From contig NW_026782733.1 of the NCBI RefSeq assembly GCF_031769215.1, positions 248,001 through 312,000 on the forward strand: a stretch of DNA of 64,000 nt, read 5' to 3'. The DNA is from Ylistrum balloti (Eukaryota). A program made the position numbers and the translations under genes. Below the pieces are notes generated by a model. That model was not told where the DNA came from. It saw only the letters and a program-made list of their open reading frames with translations, and made no database searches. Shown here piece after piece: positions 27,561 through 42,406 of this stretch. The number at the start of each line of letters is the position of its first letter. Positions within the stretch are counted from its first letter, which is position 1.

Positions 27561-30360
27561 TATGTACTTGGTTGTCGGATGTAAGTCTTTTAAACCATTT
27601 AATGGTTTTATAGATTTTACAAACATACTATATAAATGATAGAAATTTCAATTACATGTATGACACCCGTCAGTTTCATTGCATGCTTGTTGGATTTTCA
27701 GGTCCTTACTGTGGTGATCTGAAGACGATTTTTTACTGTTGTGGGAACAAATGGCTAAACAATCCATGTTCCTCCCATTTATTGTTTTGGGAATTATCAT
27801 TTTACACGCGTCGGTTAATCAAGGCATTGAGAAGGAAGCATAACCGACCTCACTTTATCAGACGTTCAACACTAAATTAATAAGCGAGGTAATGCCAAAG
27901 GAGCCAATATAATGAAAACGATCCAGGAAAGAGGGAAAAGACGAAAGTTCTGTTATGGAGCAGCTGGTACAGATTTACGCTTTTCTTGCATTCTTGCAAG
28001 AAATCAATTAACACGTGAGTGCGTATTAATCAAATACATGAATATTCATATTAGACTCTCGGGTTATATTTCTACGCGTTCTAATATTTGGTCCTCCTAC
28101 AAGGGCAAAAGCTATCATCTGTTTATTGGCTTTTGATTGAGCAGCAGAACACTTTGTTTTTATTAATAGGTTTTCCAGTTGGTATCATAACTGGAATCAT
28201 AGGTGTTCAAAGTTCTATCGGTAGGCTGGTAATTCAATGCTTTAACGTTCTTAGAAGGTGTCTTCTTCAAGATGAACTTTGTGTAAGCAAACCATCAATG
28301 GCCACTATAGTGTGACCTTGCATCCATTTGCTGCGTGACACAATTGGCACGTGACATTTCCTTTTGTAGAGATCCTTCTGATTGACCTTGGACGTTTTGA
28401 AGATGCAAACTTTATATTACCAACCAACAATTCTTCTCTATGAATAGTAAGTGACTCTAAATCCGGTTTTTATGTAGGTAAATGGCGTCAATAAACATAT
28501 ACGTAGGTTAGAGATCCGTGTTCATTTATACTTTCTTGCGTTTCTTTTCGCTTGGCCACGAGACTTCAAAACTTCGTTTTAATACCACGCATTGACAAGG
28601 TTGCAGCTTTTCTCAGAAATGGACAATACCGTCTTGCTGAATAGTTATACAAGTAAAAAGTGAAAAAGAAAGCCGCAAGCATTCAAGGCAGAAGTTTTAA
28701 AACAGTTTTTCATCTATATACTCTTATTGTTTCATATTTGACGCAGTGATTTACGAGGTATGTAATGCACCTCAGGTGGCAGTCTAACGAAATCAAATTA
28801 ATGCAGTGTATTCTATTATTTGGCAAATTTGTCTTTTAATATCCTTAATACTGATGCAGGTTTCCTTTCAGATGGAAAATATTATTATTGTCAACTCTGT
28901 CATATTGCAAAGGAAATAATGTAACTCGAAATTTCGAAAAAATAAGTTTTTTCAGGATTTCTTGAGATTTCGTTCGAGATAATCACACAAAATATCGATT
29001 AATTGACAGGAAATTTCTATTTAATAACTCAAATTTACAAGATAACATTACATTTTGAGTTAACATAATCATACGAGGCACGGCTACAGCGAAGTAATCA
29101 GTTTCCTGCTCTCAGTGTGCGCATGACGCAAGCAGAATGTAAGCGTTTTCGCAGTGAAAATGAAAGATGCTAAAAGCATTGACGGCAAATTAAGTGAAAT
29201 AATTACTCACTATGCCCCTCCTTTTGAAGGAAGAATGTATTCAAGCAAGTAACCGTATTCTGATAAGACTTTAACTTCTATATAAAAGAGAGATTTGTAA
29301 GGAAACTTCCTATTGTTTTACTATACTAAAAAACTTGACTTACTAATACAAAAAAAAAATATCAAGAACGTGATGGTTTTTTTTTTTTTTTTTTTTTACA
29401 TAGCTCTTTTGGTCCCCATGTTAATGGTATCGCGGAATAAATGCCGTTAGCAAAATCATCGAATTCTGCCAAGCGGCTGGTAGATCCACATCTCATATAT
29501 AATTACCCATGTCATATCCTCTGTTGATAGACATGACTTCTGCAATATCAATTACCGTCTACAAATCTCCTGAAAAGGAAATATTTTCATTAGCACTAAG
29601 AATATTGATACGATAACTTTTTTTCTGAAGCAGAATTGAATGTCATTAGTATCCCCGAGTCACTTGTTTTCGTGAGCATAGATAAAAATATTGATTATTT
29701 AGGGTAAGGCAAGAAATATAGGGCAAGTACAAACCAAAATATTGATATTCACTTAAACTTATGTGTATTTTGAGTGTCCATAAAATACTTTTTAGGTGCC
29801 ATGTATTTAATCACACCTTAATATGCATTATGCTATCGCTATTATTTTCTATCTCTTTAATGCTGATGAGTAACATATGGAGCTATGATCTATAGTAACA
29901 ATCAGTTTTTATTACACATTATGTAAATCATTTTACGAGACAATGTTGATTTCAAACTAGATTAGTCAGAAACACATTATGGATACAATAATGTTGAACA
30001 TCCCGAGGAGGTATGTCGTGCTTGTACAGCAACATAGTCCCTGAGACTAAAATACTAGTTTTCAATTGAACATCACTTCAATTATTTTTAAAATAAATGT
30101 TTTCACGCAAATGTGAGCGATCCTTTCTTTGATGATATTTTATTGTGTATTTTTGTCCCTTGCAGATCGCGGGTGATTTCTCCAATGCCTTCTGTTTAGG
30201 GGACACTGAAGAGTCCAAAGACAGGTTCTGCTGCATTCAACTGCATGTCCCTACGAGGCGACTAAAAGTGTGGCCCACGGATTCATGGGTTTTCTTTCGT
30301 GTCTTCTATTTAAAAACCATTCCTGGAACCAAACTAATCAGGATCTTGACATTTCCCTTC

Positions 30361-30432
30361 TTTTCTGTCGTGTTCTCCTTTTCTGTCGTGTTCTTCTTTT
30401 CTGTCGTGTTCTCCTTTTCTGTCGTGTTCTTC
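30361..30432. repeat. 18-bp tandem repeat x4 (alternating variants, 36-bp dimer x2)
   Basis: TTTTCTGTCGTGTTCT(C/T)C. It accounts for four overlapping track ORFs. Confidence 0.95.
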
Positions 30433-33400
30433 TTTTCTTCGCTTTATTTTCATCTCTTGGTGTCCCTCTTGAAAAGTGTTCTGAAATTGCGAGGATGTTA
30501 AACACCGTAAAAACGAAACAATCGCTTGTTCTCTCAAATATTGTGAAATTCATTACATTCAACTACTTAAGTCTCCACACACAAGAAGGAATGTATATCG
30601 TAACATCAATGTACTAAGATGATATATCAAAACATCAAAATGCAAAAGAAACAATTCATCACAAGGAAAGAAAATGTACATAAACTAAGGCATTGTGCAT
30701 CCAATAACAGGTGACATCATAATGTCAGCAAGCCAGAATATACATGTTTCATATTAAGCAGATGACAGAACGCTACCACTGTGTCAGCACACATACGTGC
30801 ATAAACAAAACTGAGTGCGGAGTGGTCGAACCAAAAAAAAATCAACACTTCGTTAATCAAAAGAGAAAATGGTTACCAAGACAACAGGTAATCGTTCAGC
30901 CCAAAGCAGTTATTACATCATCTGTCTTAATTCTCTGGTAAGCACAATGGGACATTAAATTCCCTTAATCTTATTTCATATCGCATTTTACCATTGTGTT
31001 TAATCTGATTAAATCCATTTACTAGAGTTGAGGGAGATGAAATGTCACTATTCCCAGGTTATGACAGTTAGATGAAAGTGGTCGTCATGATGTGTTTTCG
31101 AGAAAGCAAATACTTAAGATTGTTTTTACAATTAATCAACCGAAAATTCGATCTCGTATCCGTGAAAAGTCGTTTATCATTGTATATATATATCGAGTGG
31201 ATCACCTTGTGAACAATGACAGTTGGATGCATAAAAAAGAGGTTAATCAATATCGATAGAAATGGAACCCTAATCTGTCTGGTTATGTAAATGTTTGCGT
31301 CATATATGATAACGCATGCGCACGAAACACCGTCGACTGTGTTAATAAAAATGGCTTTCAAATTGATTCGGTTGGCGATTGATGTCACTTATTTCGGAAT
31401 TCAGAATTGACTTAATGTTATCAAATAACATTTTCCACACCCACAAAGCAATCCGTTGCTGAAAAACGGGATTTGATTTAATTACTGTCACTTCTGTCGC
31501 TGTCATTTCTGCCCGCCATCATGAACTTCTGTTTACGAAATGAATTACCCCGCTTTCAAAACTATCTGTGCTAAATTTTGGAGAGGTTTCCAGAACAAAA
31601 GAAGTAGTCAAGCTGGACATTTGAAATGGACTATGAATATCGGGACAGAAAGTGTATGAAACGCGTACACTCGATAACTTAATCAATTATTTTACCGTAA
31701 TGTCCCTTTCAGAAAACAGAAAAATAGCAGTTTCACTATTAGTGTCGTTTTATTGCATTTGTATAGAAGGCATTGTCGATAAAACACGTCGAAGTTTGTT
31801 TAGAGAAGAACACAGACAGGTACAAGTACCGACCAATTACATACACCGTCATCATAATCTTATTCTCAATATACACACGACCGACTAATGGCCGTTTATC
31901 GTCTGAACTGACGTCAGAAGTGATGTGTGAAGATAGAGTAACTGATTACGACATATCTGCTCATGTAACACGTATGACAGTTTAATTCCTTGTTTGGTTC
32001 TACTGTATGTAAGTTTAAAGTTGTATATATGTTTTTATTCACCTGCATGTCCAATAGTTATTCCAATAGTGACATGGTTCAGAATATTCACATACACCTG
32101 ATGTTGCTATCTTAATCTATCAAATATATGCTAGTGCTTCTACTCTTATCTATTTTGACTTTAAATATTTATATATGCATATAGAATAGTCACGTCTCGT
32201 AGACGTCGAAAGAATTACCCAGTCATATCTGAGAGAATAATACATTTTGTTTTGATGTCGAAGAGTAAAAGACAAATCGTCATTTTTCCAAATGATCTAC
32301 ATCCTTGTTTTGTATTATGAATTAATTATAGCTTTTCCGCCTGAAATGTTCGTCATAGATCCCTTTGTTTTTTTTGTAACCACATTGTCAACTGTTACAA
32401 ACTTTTCTATAAACGCGAACTTGGAAACAATTACTAAATATCTGTTATAAACGAACCCTTTCCAATAAGTGGCGGTGTCAATTTCATCTTTCAAGTCACT
32501 CATATATCCAAGATAGCGATTGGTTCTCGCCACTCTCCATCTATTGATCCAGCATCAGATGCTGCTATATCACACCGTTTTGTAGAGCTCGCAAACCTCT
32601 CCCTCGTCACATCGCCCAGCAACAGGAGAGAAGACTGTTCCCGTAATCAGAAATGTGTTTCTGGTGTAAATATCTGATGCTCCTGAGTTAATACGTGAGG
32701 CGGTCCATTGTGCATCGATCACCTACTCACGCTCAACAGCAAAATAATAACTAAATTAGCAGGTGCTAACTTTCTAATCTACCGCCGTCTTCTTTAAGAG
32801 TTTCATGGTTGAATTGACCTCAACGATTATCCGGTTTGTGTCGGCGCAAAGAACCTTTAATGAAGCATTTTAAGACAAGGAACATTGTTTGTTAGACAGC
32901 TAATGAAGAGTCTTTACGGAAGCATTAAAGGAAAACATTTCTGTAAACCTTTCGATATAGTGGCCAAATGTTCGATATATATCGGTATATGTATTATTGT
33001 TTAAATGTATAGAAATGCAAAAGAAAGGGAAAAGTCGATACTAAATGTGTTAACGACATTTTCAGTCTATATGTCTTACAATACATCCGTACAGTTGTTT
33101 ATTACCTGTTAGACTTGCAACAGTTCCTAGCTTTCATCATTCTCCCCGGAGGGATTTTGTGCAGAACTGCTTGAAACAAAGCAAATATATTAACCACACA
33201 ACGACTGTAACGGCCGTGAAATGAGGTGTTGCATTCTGTTGGACGATGAAACGCCTTGAGCTTTTTTACTGATTCTGTGAGTTGTGCTCTGATTTAGTCT
33301 GCTACGAGGACCATCTTTTTAGAAACGTTATTTGGAACTGCGTCGCTCCTCACAGCATACAGCAAGTGACCGGACATTTTTAACTTGTCCATTTGACTGT

Positions 33401-34496
33401 GAGATTGCCAAGAAGACGGCTCCTGTACAGACTTTTTAGCAGGTTGCAGAAAAACTTATGGTACTTGTGAGTATTCATAGATTAAATCCATATATCATTA
33501 AGATCTTGAACGTTTTCGGTTAAAATTTAATTTACTTGCGTTACAGTCGCAATGAAGGCATAAATATTGCCTCATTTGATATGTTGTTAATCAGTCCATC
33601 GAGGAATGGTAATTGAAAAATAATCAATAGCAAAAACGTTATGGTGTCCCTCTGATGAAAATATTATTGAAACGATGAAAAGAAATTTGAAACGTATTAT
33701 AAATTATTAGAGCGGTATATTCGCTAACTAAATTGACGTAGTCATGAAATAGCATAATATGATTTTTATTATATAAGTATACGTATCCGATCTGCGCAAA
33801 CATTTTCGATACCTAAAACTGCTAATTTCAATTATATTCAAAGGCGATAAGTGTATGTCATTTAAGTAAAATGTAAATGCGCAGAATTATTTACTCAATG
33901 CATAAATTGCTTTCTTTTTTTTCTGTTATGTTTGTTTTGTTGTTTTTCCCTTTTATAAAATATTTCAAAAGTAACATTAATTGCCGCCTTACTGTGCAGT
34001 CACAGTGACGAATAATCTGATTTGGAAGTAAAATGCTGTAGCTATCTTCATATTTTCTTTTTGATACGAAAATGTGTGTTTGAATCCCTCTACTGTGATT
34101 TATAGACATAATTACATATGTGACAGTGGGTTAGTAATCATGGTATTCACAGCTGCTGCAGAGTCAATCCACTTCTCTCGTCATCGGATTGTAAATCTCA
34201 TATTATTCGGCATTTAGACGAGGGTTCTGTCTAATATGTTAGCTGGGGCACTTGTATCCGATGTCAATGGTTTACGGAGATTACTCTTCCTATCTGATGG
34301 GCTTGGAATTTCTACGTATGTAAAGCTAGTGTGTATTGTCAGGTCCTACTAAACTGAAGTACCCCTCTCTACTGTACTTGCCAGAGATGATTTATCATAC
34401 GACCGCAAGGATTTACATTATCAAAGTGATCATAGGTTCCATCTTAGCCTGAATACGCGCGAAAGTAAATCAAACCTATAAAAGTGATTGACGAAT

Positions 34497-34716
34497 NNNN
34501 NNNNNNNNNNNNNNNNNNNNNNNNNNNNNNNNNNNNNNNNNNNNNNNNNNNNNNNNNNNNNNNNNNNNNNNNNNNNNNNNNNNNNNNNNNNNNNNNNNNN
34601 NNNNNNNNNNNNNNNNNNNNNNNNNNNNNNNNNNNNNNNNNNNNNNNNNNNNNNNNNNNNNNNNNNNNNNNNNNNNNNNNNNNNNNNNNNNNNNNNNNNN
34701 NNNNNNNNNNNNNNNN
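34497..34716. other. Assembly gap (220 N)
   Basis: Run of n characters. Confidence 1.
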
Positions 34717-36469
34717 GTTTGTTATTGTGTAATACATTTATTAATCCTCTATAGTAAAGGTGACACAATACACTATGTTGCTAAGCATGAATCCACAGAC
34801 TTACCAAAACAGCATAAAGCCATTTCTGATTGCATTACCTCACAAACAAAATCTTTGTGTTAAATATAGTACTTACCTCATCTGTCAAATTCGTATCGTG
34901 AGAAGAATTGTGGAAGTATAAACAGAGATAGGTAGTTATATTTGCTAATAAGTTTCCCAGACAATAGGCATTTCGTTTATGGTGAAGGCTCCAAGAAATG
35001 GAAATAGCGATTGTTGAATTCATCGAAACAAGACAGTACCTAAATCATCGTGTTGTTATGTCAAACATAATGAGGGAAATAACTTCAGCATCATCATAAA
35101 CGTCGAATGTCGAATCCAATAACAACGAACCTGATTACATTTATTAAGTAATATCCGTTGAAGGTATTTTCTGTTGAAAAACAAACAATTATATTCATTT
35201 ACATTTCTTCTGCTTGGAACAGAGTTAAACGTTTTGCGTTATTTTCGGCTCCATACCTTTAGGTCATCTAATGTCATTATTTTCTGCATTATTCAATTTG
35301 CGGAGCAGTAATTTTCATAGATTACCCAAACAAATAGCAATCAAAAAATGAGATTTTTTTTCTTTCATTGTCAGATGTCATTAGGAATTTTTCTTCTTTT
35401 CTTTTGTGTGTGTACAAGTGATGACTCAGAATTTATTCATTATACAAAAGAGAAAAAAAATGTCAAACATTTAAAGTTTTTAAAGTCCAAACTTATCTCT
35501 CTTTTCATAAAGAGAGAAATTAATGCTTTCATTTTCATATTCTTTTTAAAATCTATTTTCTGCGAGACATTAGTAAATACGCTTTCCTCGTTTCCGTTCG
35601 ATGCTTTTGTTTATAAAAAGTAACCCGTAAAAACATTTGATGATCCATATACAGTACATTTGCACACCGGTAACATCTGTACTTGTGGACGTTGTCTTTC
35701 ATCAAATTAGATGAAACATTTATACGGACGCGTCGTGATAATAAACACTAACAGTAGGTGAAGATGGCGTTAAGATGGCTATTAGTCTCTGTTATAAATT
35801 ACCATGGAACTCAGTAATGTTCAGCCCAAAATGGGTGGCACAGTGGAAATGTATTCGCGTTTCACCAAAATAACCAACGTAACTCACTGGATATCCGCCA
35901 CTGTATTACTCCTCTAGGGTTTCAGTCCGGGCAAATATATACTACATTGTAGTTGAAATATCGCAATCGTTCAATTTTAATATAAATCGAATTTACATTC
36001 AAACTGACAATAACGATTGTCTCACTATCAGTTTTTTTCTTCTTATTTCTTCTTGTTTTTGGTCATGAAAATATAATATCATGATACCTAATTATACGTG
36101 CTAGAGTACACGTAATATTGTATTGTGAATATCTCACCATTAAACTCTTAATCATAGATATATATTATGATTGATCAAAAGCAAAGCTACTTAGCAAAAC
36201 CAGCGTGATCGCGAAACATTTATTTAGAAATCATTAGAAATCAATATCGTATAACAGCATGAAATTAAAGTCTTTCGATACAAATGGTATCGATTATTAA
36301 TAAATCACAAACCACTGTTATTTAAAGGTCCGACTGTTGCAATATATATGAGTAACTTGTCCACGGGAGCAAAAAATCAAACATTTACAACCATGATATT
36401 TATGAAGAAGAAATTACAACAAAACCTGAACGCATCTTGTTGATTACAACAACATCTAAACAGACTCAT

Positions 36470-36823
36470 CAATATAAGCTACTTACCTACAAGGAAATCA
36501 AAAGAGACAGCTCTTTACTAGGCGGTATAATGAGCGTGATGATTTTAATTTCTCTGTTGTAAATTTCTGTTTTGGAAAACAACATGCCTGCCTCCAAAAC
36601 CTATGGTGTAAACGTGTCGCAGATGATTCGTCATTCAAGGTCATGTTCGCCATATCACGATCTCCCGTTTTCTTATGAAGTTGGACGTGCTTGGTACGTG
36701 CTAGCATACCTGATGGCCCAGTCCTTGTTTACCATGTTCTTAATAAGGAACGTAATATTGCTATCCTGCATATGACTGGTGTCATCGATAAAGCAGAAGC
36801 TTACTCTCCCGAAACACCTGGTT
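36470..36823 (+). mobile_element. Internally shortened Naiad-type PLE 3' end
   Basis: ATYL...LFTRRYNERDDFNFSVVNF / NNMPASKTYGVNVSQMIRHSRSCSPYHD, then the conserved tail GGTGTCATCGATAAAGCAGAAGCTTACTCTCCCGAAACACCTGG at 36778-36823. Confidence 0.8.
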
Positions 36824-37227
36824 TTATTCTCATTGTACTTTTTTAGGAGTCTCTGTGTAAATGTGGGTTATTTTTGTTCATATTTTGCCCTAGTTTAATT
36901 GAATTTGAGTGCATTAATATTCCGTAGATGTGTTGGTATAATCGTTATTAGTTATGTTGTTTACAACATCTTGTCAACAAAATGATAGCAAAATAGAAAG
37001 CAACATTGGTAAACATAAACCATAAAGTCGCAGATATTAATGATCGAAAAGTTAAATAATGAATAAAATAACTACATCATCGTAGATCGATACCAACCTA
37101 CCAAAAACGTTATGGCAGGGTATCATTAGATGTATATGTAATATAATGTAAAATCTTTATCCCACTAAGTAAAGAAATGTCAGCATATCCATTTCCACTC
37201 CGCTCATTTTTACATACATAATACCAA

Positions 37228-37952
37228 TATCACTGTCAACATACACCACACCGTCTACACTCACGGTCAACATACACCACACCGTCAACACTCACTAACA
37301 GTCAACATGCATCACACCGTCAACACTCACTCTCGGTCAACATACATCACACCGTCAACACCCACTCACTGTCAACATACATCACACCGTCAACACCCAC
37401 TCACAGTCAACATATACCTCACCGTCAACCCTCACTCACGGTCAACATATATCACACCGTCAACTCACTTTCGGTCAACATATATCACACCGTCAACACA
37501 CACTCACGGTCAACACGCATCACACCGTCAACACCCACTCACTGTCAACATACACCACACCGTCAACACTCACTCACGGTCAACATACACCACACCGTCA
37601 ACCCTCACTCTCGGTCAACATACATTACACCGTCAACACTCACTCTCGGTCAACATACACCACACCGTCAGCCCTCACTCACGGTCAACATACACTACAC
37701 CGTCAACACTCACTCTCGGTCAACATACACCACACCGTCAACACACACCCACGGTCAACATGCATCACACCGTCAACCCTCACTCTCTGTCAACATACAT
37801 CACACCGTCAACACACACTCACGGTCAACATGCATCACACCGTCAACACCCACTCACTGTCAACATATACCTCACCGTCTACACTCACTCACGGCCATGG
37901 TATACCATACCTTCAACACTCACACACTGTCAACATATACCACACCGTCAAA
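37228..37952. repeat. ~35-bp C/A-rich minisatellite, ~21 units
   Basis: Unit CGTCAACACTCACTCACGGTCAACATACACCACAC, built from two GTCAAC-cored half-units. Some units are 31 bp. Confidence 0.95.
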
Positions 37953-38759
37953 ATAAATGACAAAATACACAAGATTTGTATCACATAAAAGGATAGTATA
38001 ATTACATACTCAAAGACAAACTGAATTTGGTAAAACAGAAAATAGATCAAAGAAATATCTTCCCTGAAACAATTAGTGTTACTCAATCATTTTTTGATAA
38101 TTTTTTTCCCTTTTTAACACATTTTTTACACGGTGTTTCGGTTGTATGTTGGTATCTATATAATGATGGTGCATCATTTTTACCACTTTTGCAGTGAAGC
38201 AAGATCTTTTAACCTTTGTTGGGAAGTGTCTGCTAATTTCGACCTGTACTGCATTAATCAATTTCAAAACAATATTTCTGGAAATTATATTGATGTATCA
38301 TGGCATTGAATTAATAAACGGAAAAAAATCACGATGATGCTTCATTTAAACTGTTCGATTTTAATCAATAATGTATCTTAATAGCTATCGTTCTGATCAT
38401 TGGCTATGTCACATGGTGATTAGAAAGTGTTTTGGAATTGTATCATTGCACTGCAATCGATTTCCTGCCTTTTATCATCATACCTTCAACTAAAAGGTCG
38501 TATTTTTTTTGTATTGCATACTACATTTAATTCTGACCTTTATTTTCCTACAGCAGTTCATTGTGAATATGTAACACCCCAAAACGACTTTATCAGACGT
38601 AAATTTAATTTCCAACTAGTGTTGTGTAACACGGAAACCAGGGGAACCGGCAATGTTATAAATCTGATCTTAGGTGTGACTCAATCTGGTTTTTACATCA
38701 GATGTTTCATTATATAGTGGATATGCATTCTTGTGATTTCATGTGTACTTCCTTATAAG

Positions 38760-39370
38760 TCAATAAGCTATGATGTCTTTCAAAGGATTTTGAAAATTGA
38801 TTTTTTTCATTGCAAAACGAATAATGCAGATATTGAGTCTGTTATAATGCAATGCAGGTATCGGAGGAAGTGACTTACAGGAATGTTGTGCGGTAGGAGG
38901 TATGGCACTACTAATGAGAATAGCGTTTTGAAGTCGTTTAGGGTTTAGAAGCAACATGTGTAATGATAAATGAATTAGATTGCTGATAATAACAGGTGTA
39001 AGGTAAGAGGAACCGGAAGCACGTGTACAATGCTGGAGAGTACAGAAAATAGGCATGGGTCTGTATCAAAACATTATTTGCTGAATGAGACGACGTGGGT
39101 ATATACAAACATTGCAAAAGTGAGGGTAACACAAGGGATTTGTAAAGTTTATGCTCAAAAGTATAAAGGATGAATAGTTAAATAGAGGATAGGATGATAT
39201 TGAGTGTTTAGGCAGTATTACAAAAGGAACAGTTAAAGATGGGAACGAATGTTGATCTGGTAAATAGGAAACAGAGAAAAGAGGAATGTACGCAGTGGAC
39301 AGCATTGTATGAAATGCGGCCAAGTGTGGTGGTACTATTAAATTAGTGTTCGGTCGTGTTGATGTTAGCA
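38760..39370 (-). mobile_element. Non-LTR retrotransposon RT C-terminal relic (I/Nimb-like)
   Basis: TLNIILSSI...KLYKSLVLPSL, then RASGSSYL...KRLQNAIL...PPIPALH, colinear with LINE ORF2 post-RT motifs. Confidence 0.45.
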
Positions 39371-40694
39371 ATACACGACTGTCTGACCTAGCGACAAGGC
39401 AAGTTTATGGATGTAAATTAATCTAGCTAAAAATCAATCATTGACGAATATATCTAGCTTATTGAATTAGCTATATTAATCTCTGGTATGTAGGATATCA
39501 AAGGGCTTTCCGGCAGTCTCGGGGACTATTTGTATGCCCAGGCTACAGGGATTAGCACCGCTTCATACGATTCCCCTCACTAGCCGTTCTTCAATAACAA
39601 ATATAGTACCGTAATAGTGTATTATCAGACTCAGACAAAGATTGTATGGAATTTGTTTACGTTGAAAAATATGATAAGTAATAGTTGGTAAGATTATTTT
39701 TAATAAATTACTTTTCCATAATTCTGCAGTGGAAAAAACCTGATACAGAAATATTTGATATCGACTATACTGGTAACCATGGAAATATAATCGTATAAAG
39801 ATAGAGGTTTCAATGCATTACATGAACCATTTCTTATCGTATGATTTGAAATATAATTTTACTTGTTCGCCCTAGATATGATATGATCGGATGTCGATCA
39901 TTATGATTTACTCTCAGCTGGAGGTATCGTTGTAAACATGGGTTTCAAAATGGTTCCATGCATATTTAATACCAACCGGGTTTATTTTTCACTGGAAGAA
40001 GATAAAGCAATACTTTTCTCAGTCTGGATTAATACGGAGACATTACACCAATTTACATTGCTTTTCATTAAATCCTCCATATCAGATATAATGTGAAACA
40101 GATAAGACAAATGATGAAACGTTCTCTGCATCTGGTAAAAATTTCGAATCATGGTAGCGTTAGCAGAGTGCATATTCTGTTTTATTTTTTATATATGTAT
40201 ACATAATATTTTCTAAAGATAGGTGATAATTTGCCTTAGGATATGCGATTCACTGCAGACCAGATTGCTTCTCACAAATTGATAAAAAGGCAAAATATGA
40301 TATATGATATGGTACCAAGGTATCTCTATATTTTTGGACGCAGCTGTTGGTAGAAACATTAGCTTTTTTATTATTCAAAGGGACGTGCGTCCAGAAAAAA
40401 TACTTGTTACGTATGTCTATCTATTACTGTATAAATCCCTTCCTCCATTGAGGCTCAAAAATTTACCGACCATGAAGTTTCACGTTCATCATATAAACAC
40501 GATGTTTTGATTCTTTTGAGATAATGGCTCTGACGGTGCAACTTCGGTTTTTGTACTGTAATTTCACGGATAAGTGCGCTCTTTGTGTATATAAAGTTGG
40601 ATGTTCCTCGTTAGTTCGCCTGTTGGTTCCGTTATACCACGTTTCCATTTAAGAACGTGAAATTTCTTACTTACATTGTCAAAGATTTACATGG

Positions 40695-40742
40695 CAGGTG
40701 TCTTCGATGACACAAAAAACGCTTATTCTTGTGAAACACCTG
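40695..40742 (+). mobile_element. Isolated PLE 3'-terminal hairpin motif
   Basis: CAGGTGTCTTCGATGA...CGCTTATTCTTGTGAAACACCTG, homologous to the other tail copies, with a 7-bp closing stem. Confidence 0.6.
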
Positions 40743-42349
40743 CCGCCGTATGAATATTTCTTTTGTTCCTATTTTGTTCAAGATTTATTGAATTTGAGTT
40801 TGGATTTGGATTATGTTAACAGGTTCCTGTTTTCCTAATGCATTAATGTACCTTAAGATAATCATATTAAACATCTAAATCTGAAAAAAAATTATAAAAG
40901 AATTATTTGTATCTAAAAAAAAAACCCAACAGTGTATGTTTCCAATGGCCTGTTTAGATTATATCATATAATTAAAATGTTCCTCAGAACATGACCCTTT
41001 TTCACCTACAGCTGTATCTTTATTTCCATTTGAAGATGACCATGATACATCAAATAAACAGTATATTTTAAATGTAACATTTAAGAATTATGAAATTATC
41101 AAGCAATATACCTGATCAGTAAATGAAGGCCTAGTAATGTTTGAAAACATATTGTATTAGCATTAGCATGCTCACAGTCGTTAATCAAACGTCTGAACTA
41201 GGAATCAAACTGAAAATGTTAGAGAGTCATTTCAAACTAGATAAACTATATATATTTATGAACTTCAAAATGAATACTGAAAGTACAAGGATGTACAGTA
41301 ATTATTAAATTATTTATCATTCTTGTCGTGAAACATGTGTCTGACGTCTACAAGTACTGAAAATCGTCAATACTTAATAATAAATGAAATGTTTATTGAT
41401 CATGTCATTCTTACAGGTTTGGGGACATTGGGTATTTGTGTAACAGAGGGAAGGGGCAATAAGGCGACCAACGTGGACGTTTTACAGAAACAGGGTTCCC
41501 TGTGTGTCATCTAAATCAAGAACCGATATTGATCGGCTTTCTACCTTGTAATGCTCTGGTTGTCGGATGCTCTTCTTTTGTATGATGATGCTTTCCCCCT
41601 TGGCAGTTAGCACGCCGTATTTAATGAGACGGACTTAATTATTCAGTCTCGTGTGTTCTGGTGGAAGTCTCCTCTTGAAGTTAGCGCAATATTTTCCTTT
41701 AAAGAAAATTTAACAAACTTCAGAACTCCCATCAAAACAGCATTACGATGCGGTGCTTACTAGCTATTCTCATGTAAGTCGATGTAAATGATTACAAACT
41801 TCCTCTATGGCCTTCAAATCACTATACCCTCATATGATTGTAAGCGGTGACTATCGTGGTCTCCCGCAGAATCGGTGCTTCTATGTTTCCTATTCCACAA
41901 CCTTCTCGATTTAAAAACCTTATCTGCTGTCTACATTGCGTCTATTTCCACTTTCTACAAGAAAGGTATAGTTAACACGGTGTCTCCTTGTGCATCCGTC
42001 CCTGTATCACCTTGGAATGACATTGAAATGTAAATAAAAAGTCTACATCATCATTGTTCTTAGAGTTTTGACAAAATATTTTATGGGACAACGATGCACT
42101 ACCTCACTAAACATAAGTGACGTTCATCTGTAGCGATTCGAGGGATGTTGGGTCAAGATGACCCACAAGATGGACTGTGACCACAGCTCTTTAAGAAACA
42201 ACTCGAACAACCGACGTCGTTCCCCACCTGATATGATAAAGTTTGATGATTATGTGTATCACCGATTGAGCTATCGTGGCCCCAAGGGACAGCAAACCCA
42301 CTCATAAAAAAGTAGATGAAAAAAAAAAAAATTTACATGTCTATTGTAA

Positions 42350-42373
42350 ATTCGGTGTTTAGATCATGTCCCA

Positions 42374-42406
<33 letters not shown>

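Noticed and set aside
31065-31430. KDZ-transposase-like VIYDNAC motif / GIY-YIG-like antisense ORF
   Set aside because: A single short motif on each strand, with no supporting colinear motifs.
33403-33469. ShK-toxin-like peptide DCQEDGSCTDFLAGCRKTYGTC and a nearby GTGAGT donor
   Set aside because: Cys spacing is incomplete, in-frame stops lie immediately upstream, and no partner exon was found.
8284-33658. Perfect CTGATGA words at 8284(+), 14228(-) and 33652(+) as hammerhead cores
   Set aside because: They lack a properly placed stem II-GAAA-stem III-UH arrangement.
34430-34768. Four ORFs containing X runs
   Set aside because: Artefacts of the N gap.
37307-37960. 217-aa His/Thr-rich ORF
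   Set aside because: The 35-bp unit is not a multiple of 3, so the peptide cycles through all frames. It is open only because the strand is poor in stop codons.
16676-42406. Long poly-G/poly-C tracts (~16680, ~16735, ~19440, ~42375) as functional G-quadruplexes
   Set aside because: Homopolymers of uncertain assembled length, associated with transposon remnants. Nothing indicates function.
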